Assembly: GCF_002113885.1 (NCBI RefSeq) | Contig: NW_018404348.1 | Location: 198,364-262,363 of the forward strand | Source of the DNA: Mizuhopecten yessoensis | Lineage: Eukaryota | DNA length: 64,000 nt | Direction: 5' to 3' | Shown here: piece after piece, positions 14,212 to 35,789 of the stretch | Numbering within the stretch: the first letter of the stretch is position 1 | Layout: every line of letters begins with the position of its first letter | The notes under the pieces: model-generated | Databases searched by the model: none | Seen by the model: the letters and a program-made list of their open reading frames with translations, nothing else | Told to the model about the DNA's origin: nothing | Position numbers and translations under genes: made by a program

Positions 14212-15593
14212 AACAAGAGGCCCAATGGGCCTGCATCGCTCACCTGGTATAAATCTCACACTTGTAACCTTAAAAGTGATCTAAAATAAAGCTACAGGCA
14301 AAAACAAATTTCAGTATTTATGATTAAAATTCATTCAAAAGAACCTGTTATTTTTTTTTTAAACATTTCACCCCTGTGATTGAAAGTCGAACAAAGTCAT
14401 TATGTTAAACAAATTTTATAGCCTTTCATCTCAGGATGCAACTTGCAAAGTATCAACATCCTGGGACCCATGGTTATTCAGAAGAGGTCGATTAAAGATT
14501 TTAAACAAATTTGACCCCTGTGACCTTGAATATAAGTCAAAGTCATTCACTTTAACAAACATAGTAGTCCTTGATCCCAGCATGCTACTGACTAAATATC
14601 AACATCCTNNNNNNNNNNNNNNNNNNNNNNNNNNNNNNNNNNNNNNNNNNNNNNNNNNNNNNNNNNNNNNNNNNNNNNNNNNNNNNNNNNNNNNNNNNNN
14701 NNNNNNNNNNNNNNNNNNNNNNNNNNNNNNNNNNNNNNNNNNNNNNNNNNNNNNNNNNNNNNNNNNNNNNNNNNNNNNNNNNNNNNNNNNNNNNNNNNNN
14801 NNNNNNNNNNNNNNNNNNNNNNNNNNNNNNNNNNNNNNNNNNNNNNNNNNNNNNNNNNNNNNNNNNNNNNNNNNNNNNNNNNNNNNNNNNNNNNNNNNNN
14901 NNNNNNNNNNNNNNNNNNNNNNNNNNNNNNNNNNNNNNNNNNNNNNNNNNNNNNNNNNNNNNNNNNNNNNNNNNNNNNNNNNNNNNNNNNNNNNNNNNNN
15001 NNNNNNNNNNNNNNNNNNNNNNNNNNNNNNNNNNNNNNNNNNNNNNNNNNNNNNNNNNNNNNNNNNNNNNNNNNNNNNNNNNNNNNNNNNNNNNNNNNNN
15101 NNNNNNNNNNNNNNNNNNNNNNNNNNNNNNNNNNNNNNNNNNNNNNNNNNNNNNNNNNNNNNNNNNNNNNNNNNNNNNNNNNNNNNNNNNNNNNNNNNNN
15201 NNNNNNNNNNNNNNNNNNNNNNNNNNNNNNNNNNNNNNNNNNNNNNNNNNNNNNNNNNNNNNNNNNNNNNNNNNNNNNNNNNNNNNNNNNNNNNNNNNNN
15301 NNNNNNNNNNNNNNNNNNNNNNNNNNNNNNNNNNNNNNNNNNNNNNNNNNNNNNNNNNNNNNNNNNNNNNNNNNNNNNNNNNNNNNNNNNNNNNNNNNNN
15401 NNNNNNNNNNNNNNNNNNNNNNNNNNNNNNNNNNNNNNNNNNNNNNNNNNNNNNNNNNNNNNNNNNNNNNNNNNNNNNNNNNNNNNNNNNNNNNNNNNNN
15501 NNNNNNNNNNNNNNNNNNNNNNNNNNNNNNNNNNNNNNNCGGACGCCGCACCACGGCATAAGCTCACTTGGCACTTCGTGCCAGGTGAGCTAA
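14212..15593. mobile_element. Helentron-associated (HINE-like) element spanning the assembly gap
   Basis: Starts aacaagaggcccaatgggcctgcatcgctcacc and ends ataagctcac...ggtgagctaa (hairpin), with tgaccttga core repeats. These termini match 58405-60246 in reverse orientation. Confidence 0.7.
14609..15539. other. Assembly gap (931 N)
   Basis: Run of N. Confidence 1.
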
Positions 15594-17569
15594 AAATATA
15601 AGATGCACAACTATATATGAAAGGAAACTACATATAAAATTTGTAAAGCATTTTTTGAGAAATAGTGATAACAAATTTGAGCTCTCAAAATCCAAGATGG
15701 TCACCTGGCAGCCATTATGTTTTCGCGATCAATCCCATTATGAAACATGTAAAACTCGGGACCATGGGAAACCTTCGTAAGAAATTTGAGTTCAACGATG
15801 ATTACTTCAATGCTTCTTGAGTAATGGAGACAACAAGAAATGTCTAAGGACTGACCATTAACGATTTGTAAAGCCCACAATACGAAAAAGATCGACAGAT
15901 GGACGACAGATACTGCACTTTACCACAAATTCAAAGGTATTTTGTGCTGACTGAATCTATGACTTCTTCAATGAAATTACCAGAACAAAAAAAAAGAAAA
16001 TGTTGACATGGATTTTTAATATGGATGCATGAATATTTATACAAACACTAAACACAATTTTATAAGAGAATAACTGGGCAGAATGTTTTCATACATTATA
16101 CATCAAACGAGAAAATCTTTCTAGCACAACAACGATCAACCAGGAAGATTGGAGAATAGGTTAACTTCATATTTAGTAAACTGTTTCAAATCAAGCCGTG
16201 TCACTCATAAGCAATTATTTTTCCACAAGTATAATTTGCTGTGAACATGCCATACCTTAAAATGTCTCTAAAATCAAACTGTAAAAGATACTTTGTGTAT
16301 AGTGAATACATATGGCACCTTTACATATTATTTTTACAGTTTCATCAACAGCTCTGTGCAATATCACAACATTGTAAATGCTGGTAAGTAATTTTTTGAT
16401 TGTACTTACTGTAATATATGTCCCAAGATTATATCTTAAATAGGTCTCAAAGAGTGTCCGTCAACAAAAGAGGAGGAGAGAGAATGATGGGGAAACAAAA
16501 AAACATAAGCAGTTCTAGTATAAACGTCATTTCCTTCTTTGAATGTTACTGATCACAGAGTTTTCAATCTGGATTTTTAACGCCAATTTAACCGTTCTTT
16601 CTACTTGAAGAAAGGTGTATAGATTGCAAATTGTGATTTCGTGATCTTTAGCACTATCAATCTTCTGTGTCCATATCTTTTTCTGGCATAGACTTATCAA
16701 CACCTGTGTACTTGTAAAGTAGATTGGAAAAGAAATAAGCCAAGTACACAAAAAATCTAGTACTGTATGTAATACAATTGTCTGAATTGAGTAAAATAAT
16801 TATTCAAACTATCTACTTGCACATATTTTTGCTAAATGTCTGCTGCTAATATAATGAAAGTTTCAAACTTTAGTTATTTATTTCTACAAGCTAAAATTAA
16901 AATAAGAAAACAAACAACCATATTTCAAGTACAAAAAAAACCCCATGTTACAATTCAAATAAATTAAAACTTTATACAGAATCACAGTATCGAAAGGGAT
17001 TTTATACTCAATTTTAATCATTTCAATTAGGCGTCCTTGTAAACAGACACACTCCACACTGACTGCCTAAAGTTTGCTTAACGAAACGTTTCAAAATGCA
17101 ATAAGCTTCCATCAAATATTTAATTTACTTCACATATTTGCCTTTTTGAGTCGGATAACATCACTTTTGCACATTAAATAAGATGGGATTTGACGAGTTC
17201 AGAAACACATGTGTAGCCTTAACAATTGCAACGTACAGATTCTGGCCTGTTTTGTAATAAGCTTTCCATTTAATGTTTAGTAGTCATTCTTGAGGAACCG
17301 TCCTCCTAGTTAAGGTAATTGTAGCCACACAAACGAGGAATAAACATCATTTTGGGTAACCACAATATCTTATCACCTACTCAACTTCAGCTTCTGTTCC
17401 TCCTCTCAGGTGGACCGGGGAAGGCAACCTGAGATAGGCTTTGGATGATAATTCTGTGAATAAGATATATCATTTATGTTCAAGAGGTGAAAGCCTACAG
17501 TCTATATAATATCTTAGTCGCTTTTTTAATACACAAGGAGACGGGACAGAATCTCACTTTCCACACCTT

Positions 17570-26412
<8,843 letters not shown>

Positions 26413-27231
26413 CTGGAAAGCAAGTGTAACACATTTCATACATTCATATTTTTATAGTATTAGTAAATGCTTTTGGCAGGCTCCAGGACCACATATAACA
26501 TGCAGGGCTCATTAACTTTTAAATGCAGTTGCCCTGTGGTGCAAGTAAAATCAAATCTTGCTTCCCCAAATCAACTCTTGAACATGACCTAACCCCAAAA
26601 TAAATTTAAAATCATAACTCTGCTGTAGCTCTGTTGACATATAATAGATGATCTTACATTAGATGTTTATACCTTGTACCTACTTTTGCATTAAATGCAT
26701 TAATCGAAATATTTCTGTGTAACTTCTAAATATATATATATAATATATATAAACCATACCTGTTGTTACACATAATTCACGTGAAAAAATATAAATGTCT
26801 TAAATACAAAATGGTCTGAAATTGCTAGCTAGCTCGGTAAATTAAGTAAATAATAAAACCTGAAATGATCATAATGATGATGGTTGACCACTTCTTTATT
26901 GTAAGCCATTGACCATTAGAATTTGTTTCCCGAAAAAACTTTTCGTTGACAATATGTTCTTAAAAAGGAGTTTGTGTTGTTTTTTTTATTCCATATTCAT
27001 GACATTGTGTTTGTAACAACATGTTTGTCCCTGTACAAAGAGATTCCCTCAAGCATGCAATTCCCAATCTGCACAATATTTCATATTTAGTAGAACAACG
27101 TCTCCTGTGATACAAAAGCTGGTTTATTTAAAAACATGCCTCATGCGTCTGATTTACAATAGACTGCCTTTTTTCGGTCAGAGTGTATTTTCTTTCTACA
27201 TTTTCTGAATTTCCATGGATGACGGACATAC

Positions 27232-27716
27232 CCAGGACGATAGCAGATCTATTTTCGTGAAGAACAGTGAAGAAAACAGGAATCACAAAATAAGGAGTGA
27301 TTTATCTATATCGTATTAATCGATTTTAGCGTTTTAATTAGAGATATTTTCAGCAGTAACAAAAAAATCCCCTTCTTAGATGCTTGTCAACAAAATATTC
27401 CGCCATTTTGTTGGCATGAGAGCACACGTTCGTCAATATAAAATCATCCGTTTTTGAGACTAAATCGTTTACGGATTTGATTTATATTGAAAGACTTCTT
27501 TCTTGGAGAACTCCCTTTCCCTCAAATTCGAAGAAATTCAATCACACTTGAAAACAACTCTTACTTTTTTGGTTTTCTATGTCCTCTTCTTTGATTTATA
27601 AGTGTATATTCGTGCAATATTTCCACCTACCGGCGATTCAATAAAACTCTGCTCACAACAAGATAGATAACTCGTGCTATCTCCACCGTCATCGCTAAAA
27701 ACGTGGCCATATATGG
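27232..27716 (-). promoter_or_regulatory. SKP1: Putative SKP1 promoter and non-coding first exon
   Basis: An upstream exon is required because the ATG follows an acceptor. YY1 motif CAAAATGGCGG at 27400-27410, candidate donor TGG|GTATGT at 27232/27231, perfect CArG box CCATATATGG at 27707-27716. Confidence 0.5.
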
Positions 27717-28044
27717 AGGCATATATGCGTAAAATAGCATGGTGATTCGTAACCGAATATAATTAGCGATGTTATAATAATGATGGTGAAAGTCATAATA
27801 GATCTTATTAGATGATGACAATCATTATTTCTACTTAATCACTAGTAAAAGGAAAGAAAAAATCACACAAAAATAAAAGTAGTTGGTAAATAATGTCACA
27901 GAATGTGATTATTGCTATCTAAGTCCGTGATAGTGTCAAGGGAGAATAACGTTAACTCGTCGGTTTTTCATCATATTTTTTTTTTTCATTTTTTTCTTCT
28001 ATTTTACACAAGATTAGTTTACGTACACACAAAGACACAAAGAT

Positions 28045-31000
28045 CCTTCTCGAGACTTGCGTCGCCTTGATGTCATGTTTTTACCTGCAGGCTTGCTTGT
28101 TCGTCTTAAAGTAACTAAAACATTGCAGTTTCGTTCAAAGCATATTGCTGTTATTTTGCCCATGCTGGGGAATCACCCCTTGTGCCATTGTTCTGCCCTG
28201 CTAGCTGTCTTATCTTTACCTGGGAAGGTACTAGATCCCTAAATCACATATTTATCTTATACGGTGTTTAACTGCCTGGGATTAGATCCCAAGGTTTATG
28301 GAGGGCACTCTTTTCGTCGGGGAGCTGCGACTTGGGAATGTTGTGGTCCCTGCAGACTCCATTAGACTTCTGGGTCCCCGCAGACTCCATTAGACTTCTG
28401 GGCCCCCGCAGAATCCATTAGCCTTCTGGGTCCCCGCAGAATCCATTAGACTTCTCGGTCCCCACAGAATCTCTTTACCTGGGGAGGGACTAGATCCCTA
28501 AATCACATATTTATCTTATACAGTGTTTAACTGCCTGGGATTAGATCCCAAGGTTTATGGAGGGCACTCTTTTCGTCGGGGAGCTGCGACTTGGGAATGT
28601 TGTGGTACCTGCAGACTCCATTAGACTTCTGGGTCCCCGCAGACTCCATTAGACTTCTTGGTCCCCGCAGAATCCATAAGACTTCTGGGTCCCCGCAGAA
28701 TCCATTAGACTTCTGGGTTCCTGGACAAGTGGTTGCTTTTTGCGATATGTCGATTCAAATATCAAACAACACTCAGAATCCATTAGACTTCTGGGTCCCC
28801 GCAGAATCCCTTAGACTTCTGGGTCCCCGCAGAATCCATTAGATTTCTGGGTCCCCGCAGAATCCATTAGACTTCTGGGTTCCTGGATAAGTGGTTGCTT
28901 TTTGCGTTATGTCGATTCAAATATCAAACAACACTTGGATGCATTACAACTTTTCCCCACTACCTTACCACGTTAAACAACACCTTTATCCCACTGGATA
29001 AATGTATACATGCTAGGTCTTTCATAGTAATATTTCTTAATAAAACGCTTTCTTAAATCTAAAAAACATTAACATTTTAATATAAAACGAAATTCATCTT
29101 CAATATCCCCACTGTTACAGTATGCACATGTTCTTTCAATCCTATCTACTTATACAGTGTTTAACTGCCTGGGATTAGATCCCAAGTTTTATGGAGGGCA
29201 CTCTTTTCGTCGGGGAGCTGCGACTTGGGAATGTTGTGGTCCCTGCAGCCTCCATTAGACTTCTGGGTCCCCGCAGACTCCATTAGACTTCTGGGGCCCC
29301 GCAGAATCCATTAGACTTCTGGGTCCCCGAAGAATCCATTAGACTTCTGGGTCCCCGCAGAATCCCTTAGACTTCTGGGTCCCCGCAGAATCCATTAGAT
29401 TTCTGGGTCCCCGCAGAATCCATTAGACTTCTGGGTTCCTGGACAAGTGGTTGCTTTATGCGATATGTCGATTCAAATATCAAACAACACTCAGAATCCA
29501 TTAGACTTCTGGGTCCCCGCAGAATCCCTTAGACTTCTGGGTCCCCGCAGAATCCATTAGATTTCTGGGTCCCCGCAGAATCCATTAGACTTCTGGTCCC
29601 CGCAGACTCCATTAGACTTCTGGGTCCCTGCATAATCCATTAGACTTCTGGGTTCCTGCAGAATCCATTAGACTTCTGGGTCCCCGCAGAGTCCATTAGA
29701 CTTCTGGGTCCCCGCAGAATCCATTAGCCTTCTGGGTCCCCGCAGAATCCATTAGACTTCTGGTCCCCGCAGACTCCATTAGACTTCTGGGTCCCCGCAG
29801 AATCCATTAGTCTTCTGGGTCCCCGCAGAATCCATTAGACTTCTCGGTCCCCACAGAATCTCTTTACCTGGGGAGGGACTAGATCCCTAAATCACATATT
29901 TATCTTATACGGTGTTTAACTGCCTGGGATTAGATCCCAAGGTTTATGGAGGGCACTCTTTTCGTCGGGGAGCTGCGACTTGGGAATGTTGTCGTCCCTG
30001 CAGACTCCATTAGACTTCTGGGTCCCCGCAGACTCCATTAGACTTCTGGGGCCCCGCAGAATCCATTAGACTTCTGGGTCCCTGCAGAATCCATTAGATT
30101 TCTGGGTCCCCGCAGAATCCATTAGACTTCTGGGTTCCTGGACAAGTGGTTGCTTTTTGCGATATGTCGATTCAAACATCAAACAACACTTGGATGCATT
30201 ACAACTTTTCCCCACTACCTTACCACGTTAAACAACACCTTTATCCCACTACCTTACCACGCTAAACGACACCTTTATCCCACTAGCTTACCACGTTAAC
30301 CCACGGAATTAGATTAGACACCACCTTTATTCCACTACCTTACCACGTTAAACAACACCTTTATCCCACTACCTTACCACGCTAAACGACACCTTTATCC
30401 CACTAGCTTACCACGTTAACCCACGGAATTAGATTAGACACCACCTTTATTCCACTACCTTACCACGTTAAACAACACCTTTATCCCACTGGATAAATGT
30501 ATACATGCTAGGTCTTTCATAGTAATATTTCTTAATAAAACGCTTTCTTAAATCTAAAAAACATTAACATTTTAATATAAAACGAAATTCATCTTCAATA
30601 TCCCCACTGTTACAGTATGCACATGTTCTTTCAATCCTATCTACTTATACAGTGTTTAACTGCCTGGGATTAGATCCCAAGTTTTATGGAGGGCACTCTT
30701 TTCGTCGGGGAGCTGCGCCTTGGGAATGTTGTGGTCCCTGCAGACTCCATTAGACTTCTGGGTCCCCGCAGAATCCATTAGTCTTCTGGGTCCCCGCAGA
30801 ATCCATTAGACTTCTCGGTCCCCACAGAATCTCTTTACCTGGGGAGGGACTAGATCCCTAAATCACATATTTATCTTATACGGTGTTTAACTGCCTGGGA
30901 TTAGATCCCAAGGTTTATGGAGGGCCCTCTTTTCGTCGGGGAGCTGCGACTTGGGAATGTTGTGGTACCTGCAGACTCCATTAGACTTCTGGGTCCCCGC

Positions 31001-31407
31001 AGACTCCATTAGACTTCTGGGTCCCCGCAGACTCCATTAGACTTCTGGGGCCCCGCAGAATCCATTAGACTTCTGGGTCCCCGCAGAGTCCATTAGACTT
31101 CTGGGTCCCCGCAGAATCCATTAGATTTCTGGGTCCCCGCAGAATCCATTAGACTTCTGGGTTCCTGGACAAGTGGTTGCTTTTTGCGATATGTCGATTC
31201 AAATATCAAACAACACTTGGATGCATTACAACTTTTCCCCACTACCTTACCACGTTAAACAACACCTTTATCCCACTACCTTACCACGTTAAACGACACC
31301 TTTATCCCACTAGCTTACCACGTTAAACCACGGAATTAGATTAGACACCACCTTTATTCCACTACCTTACCACGTTAAACAACATCTTTATCCCACTACC
31401 TTACCAC
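28045..31407 (+). mobile_element. DIRS/Ngaro-type tyrosine recombinase relic amplified into a composite tandem array (28-bp and 34-bp minisatellites)
   Basis: TKTLQF...HPLC and six copies of LGLDPKVYGGHSFRRGAATW (YR box II; one copy has H to P). The 28-bp unit gggtccccgcagaatccattagacttct reads VPAESIRLLG. The 34-bp unit is ccactaccttaccacgttaaacaacacctttatc. Confidence 0.8.
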
Positions 31408-34400
31408 GTTCAGTTCAGTTTTTTATTACCTTGAACCTTACGACTCATCAGTTCAAAATAAACATATATACAAGGATAAACAATACAATCACTCACACCC
31501 ATATACACCCCCACAAATACACCCCACACACAAATACACACTCACATACCCATTGGTATAGTGTAGAGAGACATCCCTCTTTATATAGGTACATAGTCTT
31601 CCTTTTCTTATTACTCAGTTTAATATATTTGGCTAAATTTGTTAACTGTTTTTTGTTCCCTGTTTCCATAAGTTGGATAAATGTATACATGCTAGGTCTT
31701 TCATAGTAATATTTCTTAATAAAACGCTTTCTTAAATCTAAAAAACATTCACATTTTAATATAAAATGAAATTCATCTTCGATATCCCCACTGTTGCAGT
31801 ATGCACATGTTCTTTCAATCCTATCTACATTGTTATACCTACCAATTTCAATATTTAATTTGTGAGATGACAGTCTAATTTTTGTAATTTCTTTCAGATT
31901 TGTATTTCCTATGGGTTTTGTTAAATATGGTTGTAAACAGAAATTTTCGCCAATAAACTTGTACAGTGAACACTTAGAAGATGAATCTATTTTTTCTTTA
32001 CATTCTTGCGTAAATATATCACACATTCTGCTTTTAATAATATTCATAATATAATCGGATGTATAGGTATCTCCATATTGCCATATGTACCCTACTCCCA
32101 TTCTAAATAGTTCGTTTCTTACTCCATTCATCCATTCACTACCATTTTCTAACATTTCTTGATAACATGCATGTAAAACACAATTGTCAGTTTGTTTTAA
32201 TTTTAACCAGTATTTAAAAATTCTAAATTTCCTAATAATTTCCAAAGGCAATCTTCCTAATTCTTGGTAAACCATAAAATTTGCAGTAGATTTCTTAACC
32301 CCTAATAATCTTTTACAATAACTTAAATGTATTTTCTCTATATCTGGTGCTTTATGAAAGCCCCAAACTTCCGCTCCATAATTAAAAATACTACAGACAT
32401 ATGTATCGAAAACATGAAGCTGAGTTTCAACGTTAAAATATTTTTTCTTAGACACGTTTGATACTGAAAACAATGCTTTTCTTCCTTGTTCAGCGATTTT
32501 TTGTTGAGTTTTTTTGAATTTACCATTAAAATTCATTAATATACCCAGGTAATTAAATTCATCTACAATATCTAAAACACCTCCATCAAAGTACCACTTA
32601 TCTTTATCTCTTAATTTACCTCCGTTACGGAAAACCATCACCTTGGTTTTACAAGTATTAACCGTAAGATTCCATTTATTTGTATAAAGTAATAAAGTAT
32701 CTAACATTTTCTGCAATCCCTCAGAGGTTTCGGCCAATAACACCATATCGTCTGCATACATCATTAAAAATATATTAATAGTTTGTAGCTCTATAGAAGG
32801 ACACCCTTCTGTTAAAAAAATCATTTCGCAATCATTGACATACAAAGAGAACAATAGAGGAGACATAATTTCCCCTTGAAATAATCCATTTTTACATTGA
32901 AAAAAATCTGACATGTTTTTGTTATACTTTACACAACATTTTACATCTCTGTACAAAGAACGTATAATATTCAACATCTTTCCTTCTATACCTTCTTTGA
33001 TAAGTTTGTACCACAGATTCTGTCTATTAACGAAGTCAAAAGCTTTTTTGTAATCAATAAAACAGCAATACAGTCTATTTCTATTTTTCAGGGTTTTACT
33101 TATTAATGTGTGTAATACAAATATAGCGTCAATAGTTGATAAATTCTTCTTAAAACCAAACTGAGCATCACTTAATTTACAATAGTCACTATCGAAATTA
33201 GCAAGACGCTCATTAAGAATTGATGTAAAAAAAATCCCTAAACAACTTACTAAAGTAATTCCTCTGTAATTATTGGTATCGTTCTTGTCTCCTTTCTTAA
33301 AAATAGGAATTATATTACCTACCGACCATGATGTAGGATAAAAACCAGATTTAAAAACATTGTTAAACAGTACCACAAGACATGGCATAAGTACCCCTTT
33401 ACCCTTAATAAAATACTCATTAATTAGTAGATCTGGACCACACGCCTTCGAGTTGCTCAATTTATTGATAGCTTTGAGCACTTCACTATCAGATATCTGA
33501 TCATCTAATTTTTGAAACATAGTATTTGGTACATTAACATCATAATTATTTAAAAACTCATTAACCATTTCATTCTCAACAGGTTCCGTTGAAGACAATT
33601 CGCTAAAATACTTAAAAAAATCTTGTTCACTAAGATCCCCCTTATCGTTATTATTTCTTTTCTTGCATCTACTATAGAAAGCCTTAGGGTTACTTTTTCG
33701 CAAGTAATCCATCATATTACCTTGTTGATCTATATATTCGCGCTTTAATCTAGTTTCCAGTTTTTTATAGTTACACTTTTTAGATATAAAAATGTTCTTA
33801 TTTTCCTCTGACTTAAGTGAATCAAAAGTAAATAATGCGTTTTTGTATTCAATATATCTGTTTTTACAAACTTCGTTAAACCATGGTTTATTCTCCACTC
33901 GAACTTTTTTAAACCTTTCTAGATGTGCATTTAGTAACATTTAAAGACATTAACAATTCATTTAATATATTAGTAAACTTATTCACACACTCATCTATAC
34001 ATTTTTGATTATCCTCAATATTATTACAAGCATTAAATAACTCTACGGTTTTCCTCTAGTAAATGCAAAGCTCTCTCTGCATGATCCCCATTCCATTTAT
34101 CATGTGTATATATTATCTTTATCATTATAATCAGGTACAACTACGTTTTGTTCAAATGAATCCACAGTAATACAAATTGGAGAATGGTCTGAAAAAAATT
34201 ATAAATTCCACTCTCAAAGTGAGTAATATTCTTTAAGAAATCATCAACAGTCAATACATAATCTATTAGACTAGATCCCCTACTATTCAAAAAAGTTATA
34301 CTACCATTAGGATCATCTTTATGTCGTCCATTTACAATTCTCAAGGAAGTAGATTTACACAGTGAAAGAAGATGTCTTCCAAATTGGTTAATATGCAGGT

Positions 34401-35120
34401 CAGAATTGGAACGTTTGGATGGTACAGAATCATTAACATAATTTACAATATTTGAAATAATATGCGCAGGCCCTTGATTAACAATATCATTACTTATATA
34501 ATCGTCGTAAATACCCGTTCTACTATTGAAATCTCCTAGTACAATCACTTTACCTAATCCTTTATATTCACACACCATTTCCTCAAGTCTGGCAAAAATA
34601 TCAATTTCACATTTGTGATTAAAAACACTATTTACAGGTGGGAAATAACAAGCAAATGCATATATTTCACTGACATTATTTCTAATGTTATTGGATATTT
34701 TTAACAATACAATGTTGTCATTAATGTTATCTATTACCCTACAATAATCGCAGATAGTTGATTTAATAAAAAATACGATTCCACCGCCTTTACCATGCAT
34801 TATAGGAAACACACAGCTGTCATAACCTTCCAATTCTACTTCATCCTCTTTCTCATTCTGTTTCATACAAACATACAACATCATATTTGGTAATAATATT
34901 TACAAACTCTTCTGTATCTAATTTGTCCGTGATCGATCTGCATATATTCCATAAGATAATGGAAAGTCCCTCCAAACAACCCTAATACGACAAGTCGTGA
35001 TTCCCTCTAGGTGGATCGCGATCGAAGCGCGCACTGTGGTCCTTTCGCGAAGATGAACCCCTCCACCTCTGGCCAGTAGCCGTATGTTGTCCTCGCGAAG
35101 CTCACGGTTGGAATTCGCGT
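31408..35120 (-). mobile_element. LINE (CR1/L2-group-like) with near-intact ORF2: EN 34141-34980, RT 31493-33940
   Basis: WNI...VCLYET, GDFN and SLIDY (EN); NNYRGITL, FIDYKKAFD, GLFQGEIMSPLLF and YADD (RT); CAYC...DEFHFILKC. Short-repeat tail (AACTG)n. Inserted in the 34-bp array. Confidence 0.93.
31493..33940 (-). CDS. LINE ORF2 reverse transcriptase (815-aa open frame)
   Basis: Complete RT motif set including YADD. Confidence 0.85.
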   Translation of the reverse strand: MLLNAHLERFKKVRVENKPWFNEVCKNRYIEYKNALFTFDSLKSEENKNIFISKKCNYKKLETRLKREYIDQQGNMMDYLRKSNPKAFYSRCKKRNNNDKGDLSEQDFFKYFSELSSTEPVENEMVNEFLNNYDVNVPNTMFQKLDDQISDSEVLKAINKLSNSKACGPDLLINEYFIKGKGVLMPCLVVLFNNVFKSGFYPTSWSVGNIIPIFKKGDKNDTNNYRGITLVSCLGIFFTSILNERLANFDSDYCKLSDAQFGFKKNLSTIDAIFVLHTLISKTLKNRNRLYCCFIDYKKAFDFVNRQNLWYKLIKEGIEGKMLNIIRSLYRDVKCCVKYNKNMSDFFQCKNGLFQGEIMSPLLFSLYVNDCEMIFLTEGCPSIELQTINIFLMMYADDMVLLAETSEGLQKMLDTLLLYTNKWNLTVNTCKTKVMVFRNGGKLRDKDKWYFDGGVLDIVDEFNYLGILMNFNGKFKKTQQKIAEQGRKALFSVSNVSKKKYFNVETQLHVFDTYVCSIFNYGAEVWGFHKAPDIEKIHLSYCKRLLGVKKSTANFMVYQELGRLPLEIIRKFRIFKYWLKLKQTDNCVLHACYQEMLENGSEWMNGVRNELFRMGVGYIWQYGDTYTSDYIMNIIKSRMCDIFTQECKEKIDSSSKCSLYKFIGENFCLQPYLTKPIGNTNLKEITKIRLSSHKLNIEIGRYNNVDRIERTCAYCNSGDIEDEFHFILKCECFLDLRKRFIKKYYYERPSMYTFIQLMETGNKKQLTNLAKYIKLSNKKRKTMYLYKEGCLSTLYQWVCECVFVCGVYLWGCIWV

Positions 35121-35615
35121 TAAACAACACCTTTATCACACTACCTTACCGCGTTAAACAACACCTTTATCCCACTACCTTACCACGTTAAACCACGGAA
35201 TTAGATTAGACACCACCTTTATCCCACTACCTTACCGCGTTAAACAACATCTTTATCCCACTACCTTACCGCGTTAAACAACACCTTTATCCCACTAGCT
35301 TACCGCGTTAAACAACACCTTTATCCCACTACCATACCACGTTAAACAACACCTTTATCCCACTAGCTTACCACGTTAAACAACACCTTTATCCCACTAC
35401 CTTATCGCGTTAAACCACGGAATTAGATTAGACACCACATTTATCCCACTACCTTACCACGTTAAACAACACCTTTATCCCACTACCATACCACGTTAAA
35501 CAACACCTTTATCCCACTACCATACCACTTTAAACAACACCTTTATCCCACTACCTTACCACGTTAAACAACACATTTATCCCACTACCTTACCACGTTA
35601 AACAACACCTTTATT
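35121..35615. repeat. 34-bp minisatellite (continues 30212-30490 and 31240-31407)
   Basis: Units of ccactaccttaccacgttaaacaacacctttatc. Confidence 0.95.
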
Positions 35616-35789
35616 CCCCCAGTGTTGGGAGTTTGGAGTCTATATTGTCATACATATGTACATTCAAGTTCGAGGGGGAGGGGGTTGTTTTGGTATGTGT
35701 AATGTTTTTGATAGATCTTTGGATAAGCATCCTGATGTCAATAAATGTCCCAGTCTTTGATTGCTTGTTTCTGTTTTATTTTATGGTAA

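Noticed and set aside
14402-15601. ORFs of 320-399 aa
   Set aside because: They span the N gap; artefacts.
17395-17437. Possible alternative last exon of SKP1 (VAFPGPPERRNRS*) after ctcag
   Set aside because: It would drop the conserved ENEWCEE end and is supported only by a weak acceptor; more likely 3'UTR.
28340-31410. CRISPR-like appearance of the 28-34-bp repeats
   Set aside because: Units are head-to-tail with no unique spacers, there are no cas genes, and the context is eukaryotic.
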